The notes beneath the pieces were generated by a model. That model saw only the letters and a list, made by a program, of their open reading frames with translations. It was not told the DNA's origin and did not search any database. Positions 18,257 to 27,544 of a DNA stretch of 40,344 bases are shown piece after piece. Source of the stretch: an uncultured Christensenellaceae bacterium (GTDB lineage: Bacteria > Bacillota > Clostridia > Christensenellales > SZUA-584); the NCBI GenBank assembly GCA_964547655.1, contig CAZJOS010000001.1, positions 10,886-51,229 on the forward strand, in the 5' to 3' direction. The number at the start of each line of letters is the position of its first letter. The first letter of the stretch is position 1. Both the position numbers and the translations under genes were made by a program.

Positions 18257-19456
18257 TCACCTCCGCTTTAAGCTCTTATACAGTTCGAAAGCTTCCTGCA
18301 CTATACGGCCCGCGAGAGATTTTTTACTCCCGCTTCCAAGATCAGCCGATCTTTCGTCGGCAAAGAAAAGTTTGATATTATTATAGTCGGAGTTAAACCC
18401 CTCGCCTTTTTTTGAAACGTCGTTGAGCGCTATCATGTCGAGATTCTTATTTTTCAGCTTTGATACGGCGTTCTGTTCCGTATCCTGAGTCTCCGCGGCA
18501 AAGCCGACGAGTATCTGTTCTCTCTTTATTGCTCCAAGCTCTTTTAGAATATCTGTTGTTTTAATTAGGGGCAGCGTTAATTCGTTTCCCTTTTTTATCT
18601 TTTGGAAGGAATAAATTTCAGGCGTATAGTCCGCTACCGCGGCCGTCATTATTATTATATCCGCGTTTTCCGACAAGGGCAGCATGCTTTCCGCCATCTC
18701 TTTGGCCGAGACGACGCTTATAACGTTTGCCTTTGCCGGAGGCTCTAATGCCACAGGCCCCGAAACGAGAGTTAAGTCGGCTCCCCTGTCAATAGCCGCC
18801 TTCGCTATTGCGTAACCCATTTTGCCCGAAGAGTTATTAGAAAGATACCGCACCGGGTCTATTGCTTCGCGCGTGGGGCCGGCGGAAACGAGCACCCTTA
18901 CTCCGTGCATATCGTACATGGAAAGGAACACCTTCTCCATATACTCCGCTATTTCCTCAGGCTCCCGCATCCTGCCAGAACCCGTATCTCCGCAGGCGAG
19001 CATCCCTTCACCGGTGTCCATTACATGGTATCCCCTGTTTTTCAGCAATGCAATATTCTCCTGCACAGAGGCGTCCTCGTACATCGCCGTATTCATCGCG
19101 GGCGCGAAAACAACAGGGCATTGTGTGGCAAGAAGAGTAGTCGTGAGCATATCGTCCGCTATGCCAGAAGCCGCCTTCCCGATAATATTAGCGGTCGCGG
19201 GCGCAACAATAAACATGTCCGCCTTCTTTGCCAGCGAGACATGTTTAACATCGAACGTGCCGTTTCTTTCAAAAGTATCGGTTATAGCCTCGTTGCCGGA
19301 CAGCGTTTCAAACGTAAGCGGCGTTACAAACTCACATGCGTTCTTCGTAAGTATCACATTGACGTCGTAGCCGATTTTTTTTAGCAGGCTGGTAAGGTAA
19401 GCCGCCTTATACGCGGCTATGCCTCCCGATACGCCAAGTATGACGGTTTTAGGCAT
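18257..19456 (-). CDS. coaBC: bifunctional phosphopantothenoylcysteine decarboxylase / phosphopantothenate-cysteine ligase
   Basis: The N-terminal flavoprotein domain begins GVSGGIAAYK, and a C-terminal DFP/CoaB domain follows. The protein is 399 aa. Confidence 0.93.
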   Translation of the reverse strand: MPKTVILGVSGGIAAYKAAYLTSLLKKIGYDVNVILTKNACEFVTPLTFETLSGNEAITDTFERNGTFDVKHVSLAKKADMFIVAPATANIIGKAASGIADDMLTTTLLATQCPVVFAPAMNTAMYEDASVQENIALLKNRGYHVMDTGEGMLACGDTGSGRMREPEEIAEYMEKVFLSMYDMHGVRVLVSAGPTREAIDPVRYLSNNSSGKMGYAIAKAAIDRGADLTLVSGPVALEPPAKANVISVVSAKEMAESMLPLSENADIIIMTAAVADYTPEIYSFQKIKKGNELTLPLIKTTDILKELGAIKREQILVGFAAETQDTEQNAVSKLKNKNLDMIALNDVSKKGEGFNSDYNNIKLFFADERSADLGSGSKKSLAGRIVQEAFELYKSLKRR

Positions 19457-19459
19457 CTG

Positions 19460-19660
19460 TCAGCCTTCCTCCGGAGCTATATAGGTTATCTTATCGTAAT
19501 AGATCTCTTTTGCGGCCTGCGAAACTGGATTCGATTCCTGCGTCTCGGTTAGCGGCTCGGCGCCGTCTACGAGCTGCCTTGCCCTCTTGGCCGACTCGAT
19601 AACAAGAGTATATCTGCAATCGGCCTTTTCTTTAAGTTCGCTTACTCCCGGGTACATCAT
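19460..19660 (-). CDS. rpoZ: DNA-directed RNA polymerase subunit omega
   Basis: The 66-aa protein (..CRYTLVIESAKRARQL..) keeps the conserved position between gmk and coaBC. Confidence 0.88.
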   Translation of the reverse strand: MMYPGVSELKEKADCRYTLVIESAKRARQLVDGAEPLTETQESNPVSQAAKEIYYDKITYIAPEEG

Positions 19661-20271
19661 ATATCTTTACCATTCCTTAAATGTTTATATTTTTCCATGT
19701 TTCTTTCTACTCTTAGTTTTTCGGCGCTGATGATGCATTCTATACTGCGTACGACCTTATCCACATCATCGTTCACGATAACGTAATCGTATTCTTTCAT
19801 CTTATGCATCTCTCCGGCAGCCTTGCTCAGCCTCATCTTTATTTGCTCTTCTGTCTCAGTCGCCCGGCCGCGTATTCTCTTTTCGAGCGCCTCCATCGAC
19901 GGAGGTATAAGAAAAAGGAAAACGCCGTCCGGAAAATTCTTTTTTACTTTCAGCGCGCCCTGTACGTCTATCTCGAGAAGCACGTCGCGGCCCTGTGAAA
20001 GCTTTTCCATAACAAAGCTTTTCGGCGTGCCGTACATATTGGAGTATACGTTTGCATACTCGAGGAATTCTCCCTTTTTTATGAGTTCTTCGAATTCATC
20101 TTTTGTTTTATAATAGTAATCGACCCCTTCAAACTCTCCCGGCCTTATTTCCCGCGTTGTGCATGATACGGACAGGACAAGGTCTGTTCTGTGTTTCATA
20201 AGCGCATCGCAAACCGTGCCTTTGCCCGCCCCGGAAGGGCCGGACAGAATGATAAGCAACCCCTCACCCAT
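19657..20271 (-). CDS. gmk: guanylate kinase
   Basis: The P-loop GPSGAGKGT and the motif TTREIRPGE..DYYY are present. Confidence 0.95.
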   Translation of the reverse strand: MGEGLLIILSGPSGAGKGTVCDALMKHRTDLVLSVSCTTREIRPGEFEGVDYYYKTKDEFEELIKKGEFLEYANVYSNMYGTPKSFVMEKLSQGRDVLLEIDVQGALKVKKNFPDGVFLFLIPPSMEALEKRIRGRATETEEQIKMRLSKAAGEMHKMKEYDYVIVNDDVDKVVRSIECIISAEKLRVERNMEKYKHLRNGKDI

Positions 20272-20274
20272 CTG

Positions 20275-20535
20275 CTATTCCTCAACATCCATGTCTTTGT
20301 CCGATAACCTGTGCGCAACGGTCTCAGGCTGGACTGCGGAAAGTATAACATGGTCGCTGTCCGTAATTATTACCGCTCTTGTTCTTCTGCCGTATGTTGC
20401 GTCGATAAGGTTGCCCTTCTGGCGGGCCTCCTGTATTATGCGTTTTATCGGCGCGGATTCGGGGCTGACTATAGCGATAAGCCTGTTAGCGGACACGATA
20501 TTACCAAAACCGATGTTTATAAGCCTGATACCCAT
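20275..20535 (-). CDS. remA: RemA/YlzA (DUF370) family regulator
   Basis: [63 protein letters not shown] closely resembles B. subtilis RemA and sits in the same position. Confidence 0.9.
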   Translation of the reverse strand: MGIRLINIGFGNIVSANRLIAIVSPESAPIKRIIQEARQKGNLIDATYGRRTRAVIITDSDHVILSAVQPETVAHRLSDKDMDVEE

Positions 20536-20550
20536 AAGTTACCTCCAATA

Positions 20551-21426
20551 TTATTCGATGTTCTGAACCTGTTCACGTATCTTTTCAACCATGCTCTTAC
20601 CTTCAATGACGGCGTTTGTAATATTTATATCCTGCGACTTCGAGCCTATCGTATTCAATTCCCTGTTCATCTCCTGTACCATGAAGTCAAGCTTCCTGCC
20701 CATCGCGGCACTGTCCGAAACAGCGGCCATGAATTGTTTGATATGCGTTCCTAAGCGGATCACCTCTTCCGTAATATCCGCTTTATCCGCCATATACGCA
20801 ACTTCGGTATTGAATCTTGCCTCGTCTATATCGCTGCCTCCAAGCAGCTCGGAAATGCGCTGCTTTAGTTTCTCTGCGTATTCTTTCGAGACGATATCTT
20901 TCCTTGAATCTATCGACGCTGTTATTTCTTTCAGGCTATCGAGACACTCAAGGATATTGGCCTTGAGCTCTTCGCCTTCCTTCTTCCTCATATCGGTAAG
21001 AGCGGTCAGCGCGGAATCAAGGGCCTCTCTTACAAGCGCCAGCTGCTTTTCTTCATCTTCGGGCGCTTCCTCTATAACGATGGCGTCGGGTATCGCGACT
21101 ATATCCGAAAGTTTAAGGTCATCCACAAGCCCTGTTGTTTTTGCTGCCTCGCGCGCCGCTTCGAGATATGAACCGATAAGCCCCATATCGGGCGTTGCAT
21201 TCTTTGCCTCATCGGCAGCGGCGGTATAGTTGATAAAGACGTCGACGCGTCCTCTGTCCAGGTTGCACTTTATCGCCTTGCGGACCATCTCCTCCGTAAA
21301 TCCGAGCGATCTCGGGATCCTGATATTGATATCGAGAAACCTGTGATTGACCGTCTTTATTTCTATCGTTACTTTTCTGCAGTCAATTTCGGATTCGGCC
21401 CTGCCGAACCCCGTCATGCTGAGCAA
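20551..21426 (-). CDS. yloC: YicC/YloC-family endoribonuclease-like protein
   Basis: The N-terminus is (ML)SMTGFGRAE, and the C-terminal YicC-family motif EMNRELNTIGSKS is present. The start is either TTG 21426 or ATG 21417. Confidence 0.88.
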   Translation of the reverse strand: MLSMTGFGRAESEIDCRKVTIEIKTVNHRFLDINIRIPRSLGFTEEMVRKAIKCNLDRGRVDVFINYTAAADEAKNATPDMGLIGSYLEAAREAAKTTGLVDDLKLSDIVAIPDAIVIEEAPEDEEKQLALVREALDSALTALTDMRKKEGEELKANILECLDSLKEITASIDSRKDIVSKEYAEKLKQRISELLGGSDIDEARFNTEVAYMADKADITEEVIRLGTHIKQFMAAVSDSAAMGRKLDFMVQEMNRELNTIGSKSQDINITNAVIEGKSMVEKIREQVQNIE

Positions 21427-21461
21427 TATATCAGCCCGCCTTCTTCTATAAATAATAAATG

Positions 21462-21490
21462 ATTATAGCACAATGCACGCAAAAAAATAA
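21462..21490 (-). promoter_or_regulatory. putative extended -10 promoter of the yloC...thiN unit
   Basis: On the minus strand there is TGCTATAAT (21470-21462) with a weak -35 TTATTT (21490-21485). It lies 36 nt upstream of the yloC start. Confidence 0.4.
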
Positions 21491-21521
21491 GCGATTTCAA
21501 TAAAAAACTTGAAATATCGCT
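21481..21521 (-). terminator. rho-independent terminator after the AIR-synthase-like gene
   Basis: On the minus strand the sequence is AGCGATATTTCAA-gtttttta-TTGAAATCGCT, giving 7+4 bp with a 2-nt bulge, followed by TATTTTTTTG. Confidence 0.75.
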
Positions 21522-21595
21522 GTATTTTAATAATATGGCCTTGTTTTCAGTCAATTGTCGGCATATTACCGGAAAACCACGGCTTATTGGAACAA

Positions 21596-22567
21596 TCAAA
21601 TAGAAAACAATTCGTCTGCTTCAGGCGGGTCAAGCGCTACCCTTTTTCCGTTTTCGATGATATATGCGCCCCCTTCCGCTATCATGCCGATAACGGCGGA
21701 ATCGATACAAGCCTTTTTAAGCCCGCCAAGCATGCTATCAGGATCGCTCGAAGTAATAAGCATGCTCCCGCTTCCTATGAGCCTGTACGGGTCTATACCT
21801 AATTGAGCGCAGATCCTTTTCGTTATATCAAGCATTGGTATTTTCTCTTTATAAAGCTCGCATCCTACCTCTGAGGCCTCGCACAGCTCGTAAACGGCGC
21901 CGTATACGCCGCCTTCGGTCACATCGTGCATAGACGTGGCGCCCATTGCTCCGGCAATGACGCCCTCTTTTACGACGCTTATCTTAGCAGCGAGGGTTTC
22001 GATTACCTTCTCGTCGTCTTCTTTAAGGATATGCATTAATTCGCCCCTGTGTTCCGAAGCGATTATATAGGTGCCCTCGGTTGCGGCGTATCCCGTCATT
22101 ATGATGCTATCGCCAATCTTAGCCCCGCTGCTCTTTACGAGACGGGAGCTGCTTATCCTGCCTACTATTGTAGTAACGGCGACTATCCTCGTAACGGCGT
22201 CAGTAACTTCCGTATGGCCGCCTATTATATCAACTCCCTGCTCGTCAGCTTCGCGCGCCAGATCGTCGATAACTTTTTCAATATCTTTTAATGTGCTGTG
22301 AGGAGGTATGAGCAGGGTAACGAGCGCGGCCTCCGGCTGCGTGCCGGAAGAAGCGATATCGTTGCAGGATATATTTATCGCAAGACGCCCGATATTCTCC
22401 GTTGCTCCCGTAATAGGGTCAATGGACATTACGCAAGCTTCGCCATTAAAGTCGAGCGCCGCACAGTCTTCGCCTACTCCCGAGCGAAGTAGCACGTCGC
22501 GTTTTACATGCAGTTTGGAGAGCACTATACTTTTAAGCTGCTCGTTTGTCAGCTTTCCAATCCTCAT
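21596..22567 (-). CDS. AIR-synthase-related (PurM/ThiL/HypE superfamily) protein of unknown function
   Basis: The 323-aa protein carries the N-domain motif GVGEDCAAL and the motif DIIGGHTEV, followed by a PurM-type C-domain. Its start overlaps the gatB stop (ATGA). Confidence 0.75.
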   Translation of the reverse strand: MRIGKLTNEQLKSIVLSKLHVKRDVLLRSGVGEDCAALDFNGEACVMSIDPITGATENIGRLAINISCNDIASSGTQPEAALVTLLIPPHSTLKDIEKVIDDLAREADEQGVDIIGGHTEVTDAVTRIVAVTTIVGRISSSRLVKSSGAKIGDSIIMTGYAATEGTYIIASEHRGELMHILKEDDEKVIETLAAKISVVKEGVIAGAMGATSMHDVTEGGVYGAVYELCEASEVGCELYKEKIPMLDITKRICAQLGIDPYRLIGSGSMLITSSDPDSMLGGLKKACIDSAVIGMIAEGGAYIIENGKRVALDPPEADELFSI

Positions 22568-23994
22568 GCTTTTTTCAGCTCTTCCACCACTATCTCGTTC
22601 ACTATCTGCGGGTTCGCCTGGCCTTTGGTAGCCTTCATCACCTGCCCGACAAAGAACGTAAGCGCCTTTTGTTTGCCGCCTTTAAAATCGGCAACAGGCC
22701 CCGGGTTGTTCGTTATTATATCCTTGACCATATCGCGTATCTTGCCGGAATCGCTTATCTGCGAAAGGCCTTTTTTATTTACTATCGCCTCCGGGTCTTC
22801 GCCGGTGCGGAACACTTCCTCGAATACCGACTTTCCTACGGTTATGTTTACCTTGCCTTCGTCTATCAGCTTAAGCGTCTTTACAAGATATTCGGGCCTG
22901 ACCGGGTTATCCTCCGGCGCCATACCCTCATCCTTAAGCAGCCGCAAAAGGTCGGTCATAATAAAATTACTGAGCTTTTTGGCGTCGCCGCACCCTCTAA
23001 GGCACTCGTCGAAGAAATCGGCTATCGCCTTATCGGCCGTAAGAACGCCAGCGTCGTATTCGGGGAGGCCCAGTTCGTCTATATACCGCTGCTTTTTAGC
23101 TGCGGGCAGCTCGGGCAGGCTGTCTTTAAACGCCTGTATCTGATCGTCGGAGAGTATTACCGGCACGAGGTCAGGGTCGGGGAAATAGCGGTAATCGTGC
23201 GCTTCTTCCTTGCTGCGCATGGCATAGCTTTTTCCCTTTGCGTCGTCGAACCGTCTTGTCTCCTGGACTACCTTGCCGCCTTCGGAGATCAAATCTATCT
23301 GCCTTTCGCTCTCGGCTTCTATGGCCCTGTATACGGCGGAAAAGCTGTTGAGGTTCTTCATTTCGGTACGGGTGCCAAGCACGTTGCTTCCTGCTTCCCT
23401 CACTGAAATATTCACGTCGCAGCGAAGCGAACCCTCCTGCATCTTGCAGTCGGAGACGCAGGTATACTGCAGTATACTCTTTAGCGTTTCAAGGAACGCT
23501 TTGGTCTCTTCGGCATTTCGCAGATCCGGTTCCGTTACTATTTCGATAAGCGGCACGCCGCACCTGTTGTAATCTACCGCGGTGCCGCCGCCGATATCGT
23601 GAAGCAGCTTTCCCGCGTCCTCCTCCATGTGTATACGTGTCAGCCTTACGCGTTTTTCAGTAACGCCAACTTTAATATCTATGTAGCCGCCTTTGCATAA
23701 AGGCAGGTCGAATTGCGATATCTGGTAAGCTTTCGGAAGGTCGGGATAATAGTAGCCCTTCCTGTCCATCTTGGAGAAATTCGCTATATTGCAGTTTGTG
23801 GCCAGCCCCGCCTTGGCGGCAAATTCGACCGCCTTTTTATTAAGTACGGGAAGCACGCCCGGCATGCCTGTGCACACTGGGCAGCAATGTGTATTCGGCT
23901 CTCCGCCGAATTTGTTTTCGCACGGGCAGAATATTTTTGAGGCCGTTGCAAGCTCAACGTGAACTTCAAGGCCGATGACGGTTTCATAATCCAT
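22564..23994 (-). CDS. gatB: Asp/Glu-tRNA(Asn/Gln) amidotransferase subunit B
   Basis: The sequence [19 protein letters not shown] is typical GatB. The protein is 476 aa and has a C-terminal YqeY-like tail. Confidence 0.95.
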   Translation of the reverse strand: MDYETVIGLEVHVELATASKIFCPCENKFGGEPNTHCCPVCTGMPGVLPVLNKKAVEFAAKAGLATNCNIANFSKMDRKGYYYPDLPKAYQISQFDLPLCKGGYIDIKVGVTEKRVRLTRIHMEEDAGKLLHDIGGGTAVDYNRCGVPLIEIVTEPDLRNAEETKAFLETLKSILQYTCVSDCKMQEGSLRCDVNISVREAGSNVLGTRTEMKNLNSFSAVYRAIEAESERQIDLISEGGKVVQETRRFDDAKGKSYAMRSKEEAHDYRYFPDPDLVPVILSDDQIQAFKDSLPELPAAKKQRYIDELGLPEYDAGVLTADKAIADFFDECLRGCGDAKKLSNFIMTDLLRLLKDEGMAPEDNPVRPEYLVKTLKLIDEGKVNITVGKSVFEEVFRTGEDPEAIVNKKGLSQISDSGKIRDMVKDIITNNPGPVADFKGGKQKALTFFVGQVMKATKGQANPQIVNEIVVEELKKA

Positions 23995-25481
23995 CAGGCT
24001 TTACCTCCTGCTAACGCGGGCGAGCCTATAGGCGGCACAGACTGCTCGAGGGCGTAAGCCGCGCTCAGCAGAGTTTCCTCCCCCATCTGCCTGCCGATAA
24101 GCTGTATACCTATAGGCAGCCCTTCGGCGCTCAGCGCGCAGGGCAGCGATATCGCAGGGAGCCCCGCGATATTTACCGGGACAGTATATATATCGGTAAG
24201 GTACATCTGCATCGGGTCGCTCTTCTCTCCCGTTTTAAATGCCGGCGTTGGCGCGGCCGGCGATACTATAAAGTCGTACTTTTCATACAGGCTGTCAAAA
24301 TCGCGCTTTATAAGCGTCCTCACTTTAAGCGCTTTTAAATAATATGCGTCGTAATAGCCTGAACTTAAAACGTAGTTGCCAAGCATTATTCGGCGTTTTA
24401 CTTCGGCTCCGAAACCTTCGTTGCGCGTCTTTATATACATATCGACTATACCGTCGTATTCTTTTGCGCGGTAGCCGTATTTTACGCCGTCGAACCTCGA
24501 AAGGTTTGACGTTGCCTCGGCTGACGAGATAATGTAATAAGCAGAGAGGGCATAATCGAAAGTAGGAAGAGATGTCTCCTCTACAACGACTCCGAGTTTT
24601 TCAAAAGCTTTAACGGTCGAATCCACAGATCTTTTTACATCGCTGTGCAGCGCCCCGGACAGGTATTCTTTCGGCAGGCCGGCTTTCATGCCTTTTATTT
24701 CTTTGCCTATTGCTTTCGTATGATCGGGATATGCCGCATTGGCCGATGTTGAATCGCGCCTGTCGTGTCCGCATATTGCGTTCATTACGAGCGCAGAATC
24801 TTCAACGGTACGCGTTATCGGGCCTATCTGGTCAAGCGAAGAAGCAAAGGCGATGAGCCCATAGCGCGATACCGCGCCGTAAGTAGGCTTGAACCCCACG
24901 ACGCCGCAGTAAGACGCGGGCTGCCTTATGCTTCCCCCGGTATCGGAACCGAGTGCGAACGGAGCCATCATCGAAGCAACTGCCGCGGCGCTTCCTCCCG
25001 ACGAACCTCCGGGCACTCTTTCCAGATCCCAGGGGTTAGCCGTAATGTGAAACGCGCTGTTCTCGGTAGAAGAACCCATCGCGAACTCGTCGAGGTTCGA
25101 TTTCGCCAGTATTATAGCGCCTTTGTTTTTAAGCAGTTCGATTACATGCGCGTCATATGGAGGAATAAAGTTTTCGAGTATCTTAGAAGAACACGTGGTC
25201 TTTATGCCTTTTGTGCACATATTGTCTTTGATTATCACGGGGATGCCATCGTAAATACTAAGAAGCGCTCCCCTTGAGCGCCGTTCATCCGACTCTTTTG
25301 CACTTTCTAGCGCAGTCTCCCTGCATACAAAGTTAAGAGCCTTTACCTTCGGCTCTAAAGCGTCTATCCTCTCAAGAAGAGTCGATACCAGCTCATGCGA
25401 AGTTATCTCTTTCTTACCTAAGGCGTCTGATGCCTGCTTTATAGTCATCTCATATATATTCAACGCAAATACCTCACTCAA
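23994..25481 (-). CDS. gatA: Glu-tRNA(Gln) amidotransferase subunit A
   Basis: The amidase signature [12 protein letters not shown] is present. The start is uncertain: the ORF-track start at 25481 is TTG, and the alternatives are TTG 25463 (GTGAGG SD) or ATG 25448. Confidence 0.93.
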   Translation of the reverse strand: MSEVFALNIYEMTIKQASDALGKKEITSHELVSTLLERIDALEPKVKALNFVCRETALESAKESDERRSRGALLSIYDGIPVIIKDNMCTKGIKTTCSSKILENFIPPYDAHVIELLKNKGAIILAKSNLDEFAMGSSTENSAFHITANPWDLERVPGGSSGGSAAAVASMMAPFALGSDTGGSIRQPASYCGVVGFKPTYGAVSRYGLIAFASSLDQIGPITRTVEDSALVMNAICGHDRRDSTSANAAYPDHTKAIGKEIKGMKAGLPKEYLSGALHSDVKRSVDSTVKAFEKLGVVVEETSLPTFDYALSAYYIISSAEATSNLSRFDGVKYGYRAKEYDGIVDMYIKTRNEGFGAEVKRRIMLGNYVLSSGYYDAYYLKALKVRTLIKRDFDSLYEKYDFIVSPAAPTPAFKTGEKSDPMQMYLTDIYTVPVNIAGLPAISLPCALSAEGLPIGIQLIGRQMGEETLLSAAYALEQSVPPIGSPALAGGKA

Positions 25482-25761
25482 CCACTTTCGGAACTATGAA
25501 GCATCCGTTTTCCCGTTCGGGAGCGTTTGCTGTCAGCAGTTCGTTATCCATGCTCATATTCGCGGCGTCTTCCCTTAAAACGTTGGATATTCCCTGTATA
25601 TGCGCCGTAGGCAAAACTTCGCTCGTGTCAAGCTCCTCGAGCTTCTTCGCCGTTATGAGTATTTCTTCAAGGTGATGCTGGTATTCATTTTTTTCGTCTT
25701 CGCTGAAACTTAGCCGGGAAAGCGCGGCAATTTTTTCAACTTCAGAAATCGGGACAAGCAT
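25474..25761 (-). CDS. gatC: Asp/Glu-tRNA amidotransferase subunit C
   Basis: The 95-aa protein (..[16 protein letters not shown]..) lies directly upstream of gatA. Confidence 0.9.
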   Translation of the reverse strand: MLVPISEVEKIAALSRLSFSEDEKNEYQHHLEEILITAKKLEELDTSEVLPTAHIQGISNVLREDAANMSMDNELLTANAPERENGCFIVPKVVE

Positions 25762-25764
25762 CGG

Positions 25765-27531
25765 TCAGTTCCCTCCGTTCAAGTCGTAAGAGTATGTGGC
25801 AAAAAAGTTGTTATACGTGTCGCTTATAAAATATATGAGATATATCTCGCCCGGGTCGAGCGACATGGCGAAATCTCCCGTGCTGCAGAGCGTTATCTGT
25901 TCTCTATTGTCGGCGGCTATATCGTATGAAAACAATCCGTAACCGTATTCGCCGGCAGGCTCGCTGACTGACGCGTCCATATAATATACTTTGCTGCCGT
26001 TCACTGAAAAGTAAAAGCCCGATATATTGGCATCTTTCACAATATAAGACGACTCTCCTGTTTCTATATCACATAATTTTAGGCTGGTCAATACTTCCTC
26101 AGTTTCTGAGGAAGCCTCCTCGAGCACGAGCATCGTTTTGCCATCCGGTGAAAACGTAAAATTTGTTCCACGGGTGACTTCGCGTTTATTATCCAGTTGG
26201 TATATCGTGCCGGAACTGCCTGTGTTCTCGGCATAGAAAAGCCTGCCTTGCGAGACCCCGAGTTTTCCGGCGGAGCTTAACGAATCATCTATTGTTTCCA
26301 CTGTAAACGTACCGTCCGGGAAGAACCTGCACGACATCAATTGCACCGGCTCATAACCTGTCATCGCAAAAAGAGTATTGTTCTCATCAGACCACGCTAA
26401 CGCAGCAGTATCGCAGAATCCTTCTTCTCCAAGGTTGATAAGTTCGCCCGACGTAAAATCATATACGTACAGGACCCTGTCCTGTACTGAAATGTCGAGT
26501 ATTCCGAGATAGTTACCGTCAGGAGAAAAAGCGGCTTCTTCTATAGAATAAAAATCGTGCACTTCTATATTCTGCATCCTGCCGTTCGTGTCAAGTATCC
26601 ACAGCTTTTCCGAGAAAGGATATATATCCGGCCGGTCGGATCCGTATCTTCTTGAAAACGCTATACGGCCGTCTGAAGCGGAAGCGAGATACTTTCCGTT
26701 TGGCAGCAGAAGGGGAGTATCCATCAACACTCCTTGCTTCATAACGACGCTTTTGCCTACGGCAGCAGAATAATCTTTGCTTAAAAAGTCGGGAAGGATG
26801 TCTTTGCCAAGCTGGGCTACATAAACTTCGTTATTTGGAAGCACATCCTTAAGCGCTTCGTCCGCGGCTTCCTTAAAAGCGTTTGCTTCTTCCTCCGTAT
26901 CGAAAGGTTTGGAAACAAGCAAAACGTTATTCAAATCAATACACAAAACAGGAGTCATTTCAACGCTTCGGGGCCACGTTCCGTCCTGATATTCGGAGAA
27001 AGAATTCGATAAACAGAAATATTTTTGCTCTTCGTTCCTGACGCCCGGGGAAAGCCGAATTATAAGGTCTCCTTCTGATTCTTCAACGTTATATTCCGCG
27101 CCGCAAGACAGCTGGATATAGATTATGAGCGTATTATCGTTGGCCGGGACTTCTCTGAACAATCCCAATACGGTATCTGAAAATTCCCAGGTTGATTTTT
27201 CTTCGTAATCCCAAAAACTCATATCGTGAAGTTTGATCATAAGCCTCTGGGGCTGGCCGAGCTCGCTGATCTCATATTCGGGCAGCTTAGTTAATTTGGA
27301 TTCGGCGTAACCGGCGTTTCTGCTTCCGCTCAGCATCGATAATGTTATAACGGTCCGATCCTCTTCCAAAGTTATATCGATATCCTTAAGGTTTATTTTT
27401 TCTCCCGGCTGCGGCTCCCCTCCTGCCGACAGTGAAGGCATGGCGGAATCAATCGGCTGCTCTAAATACGTACAGCCGGATATCAATCCAAGTATTAATG
27501 ATGCGATGAATATAAGCTTTAATGTCTTCAA
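25765..27531 (-). CDS. uncharacterised lipoprotein: AMIN-like N-domain plus TolB-like (PD40) beta-propeller C-domain
   Basis: The start is TTG with a GGGAG SD. The signal peptide MKTLKLIFIASLILGLISG|C contains a lipobox. Residues ~45-165 follow an AMIN-like pattern (..QPQRLMIKLHD.., ..LIIYIQL..EYNV..LIIRL). The C-terminal half has repeated FSPDG motifs (AAFSPDGNYLG, FTFSPDGKTMLV, FFPDGTF). Confidence 0.7.
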   Translation of the reverse strand: MKTLKLIFIASLILGLISGCTYLEQPIDSAMPSLSAGGEPQPGEKINLKDIDITLEEDRTVITLSMLSGSRNAGYAESKLTKLPEYEISELGQPQRLMIKLHDMSFWDYEEKSTWEFSDTVLGLFREVPANDNTLIIYIQLSCGAEYNVEESEGDLIIRLSPGVRNEEQKYFCLSNSFSEYQDGTWPRSVEMTPVLCIDLNNVLLVSKPFDTEEEANAFKEAADEALKDVLPNNEVYVAQLGKDILPDFLSKDYSAAVGKSVVMKQGVLMDTPLLLPNGKYLASASDGRIAFSRRYGSDRPDIYPFSEKLWILDTNGRMQNIEVHDFYSIEEAAFSPDGNYLGILDISVQDRVLYVYDFTSGELINLGEEGFCDTAALAWSDENNTLFAMTGYEPVQLMSCRFFPDGTFTVETIDDSLSSAGKLGVSQGRLFYAENTGSSGTIYQLDNKREVTRGTNFTFSPDGKTMLVLEEASSETEEVLTSLKLCDIETGESSYIVKDANISGFYFSVNGSKVYYMDASVSEPAGEYGYGLFSYDIAADNREQITLCSTGDFAMSLDPGEIYLIYFISDTYNNFFATYSYDLNGGN

Positions 27532-27544
27532 TTTCCGCTCCCTG

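Noticed and set aside
22508-23406. Two overlapping long plus-strand ORFs (211 and 286 aa) are antisense to gatB. Similar ORFs occur at 35170-35910 (antisense dnaJ), 20591-21229 (antisense yloC) and 7972-8643 (antisense thiN/rpe).
   Set aside because: All are shadow ORFs opposite strongly supported genes. Their translations are low-complexity, and no ribosome-binding sites were seen.
25094-25104. GGTTCGATTTC resembles a tRNA T-arm (GGTTCGAATCC).
   Set aside because: It is embedded in the gatA coding frame, has no acceptor, D or anticodon arms around it, and mismatches in the loop. No tRNA or rRNA signatures were found in any intergenic region.
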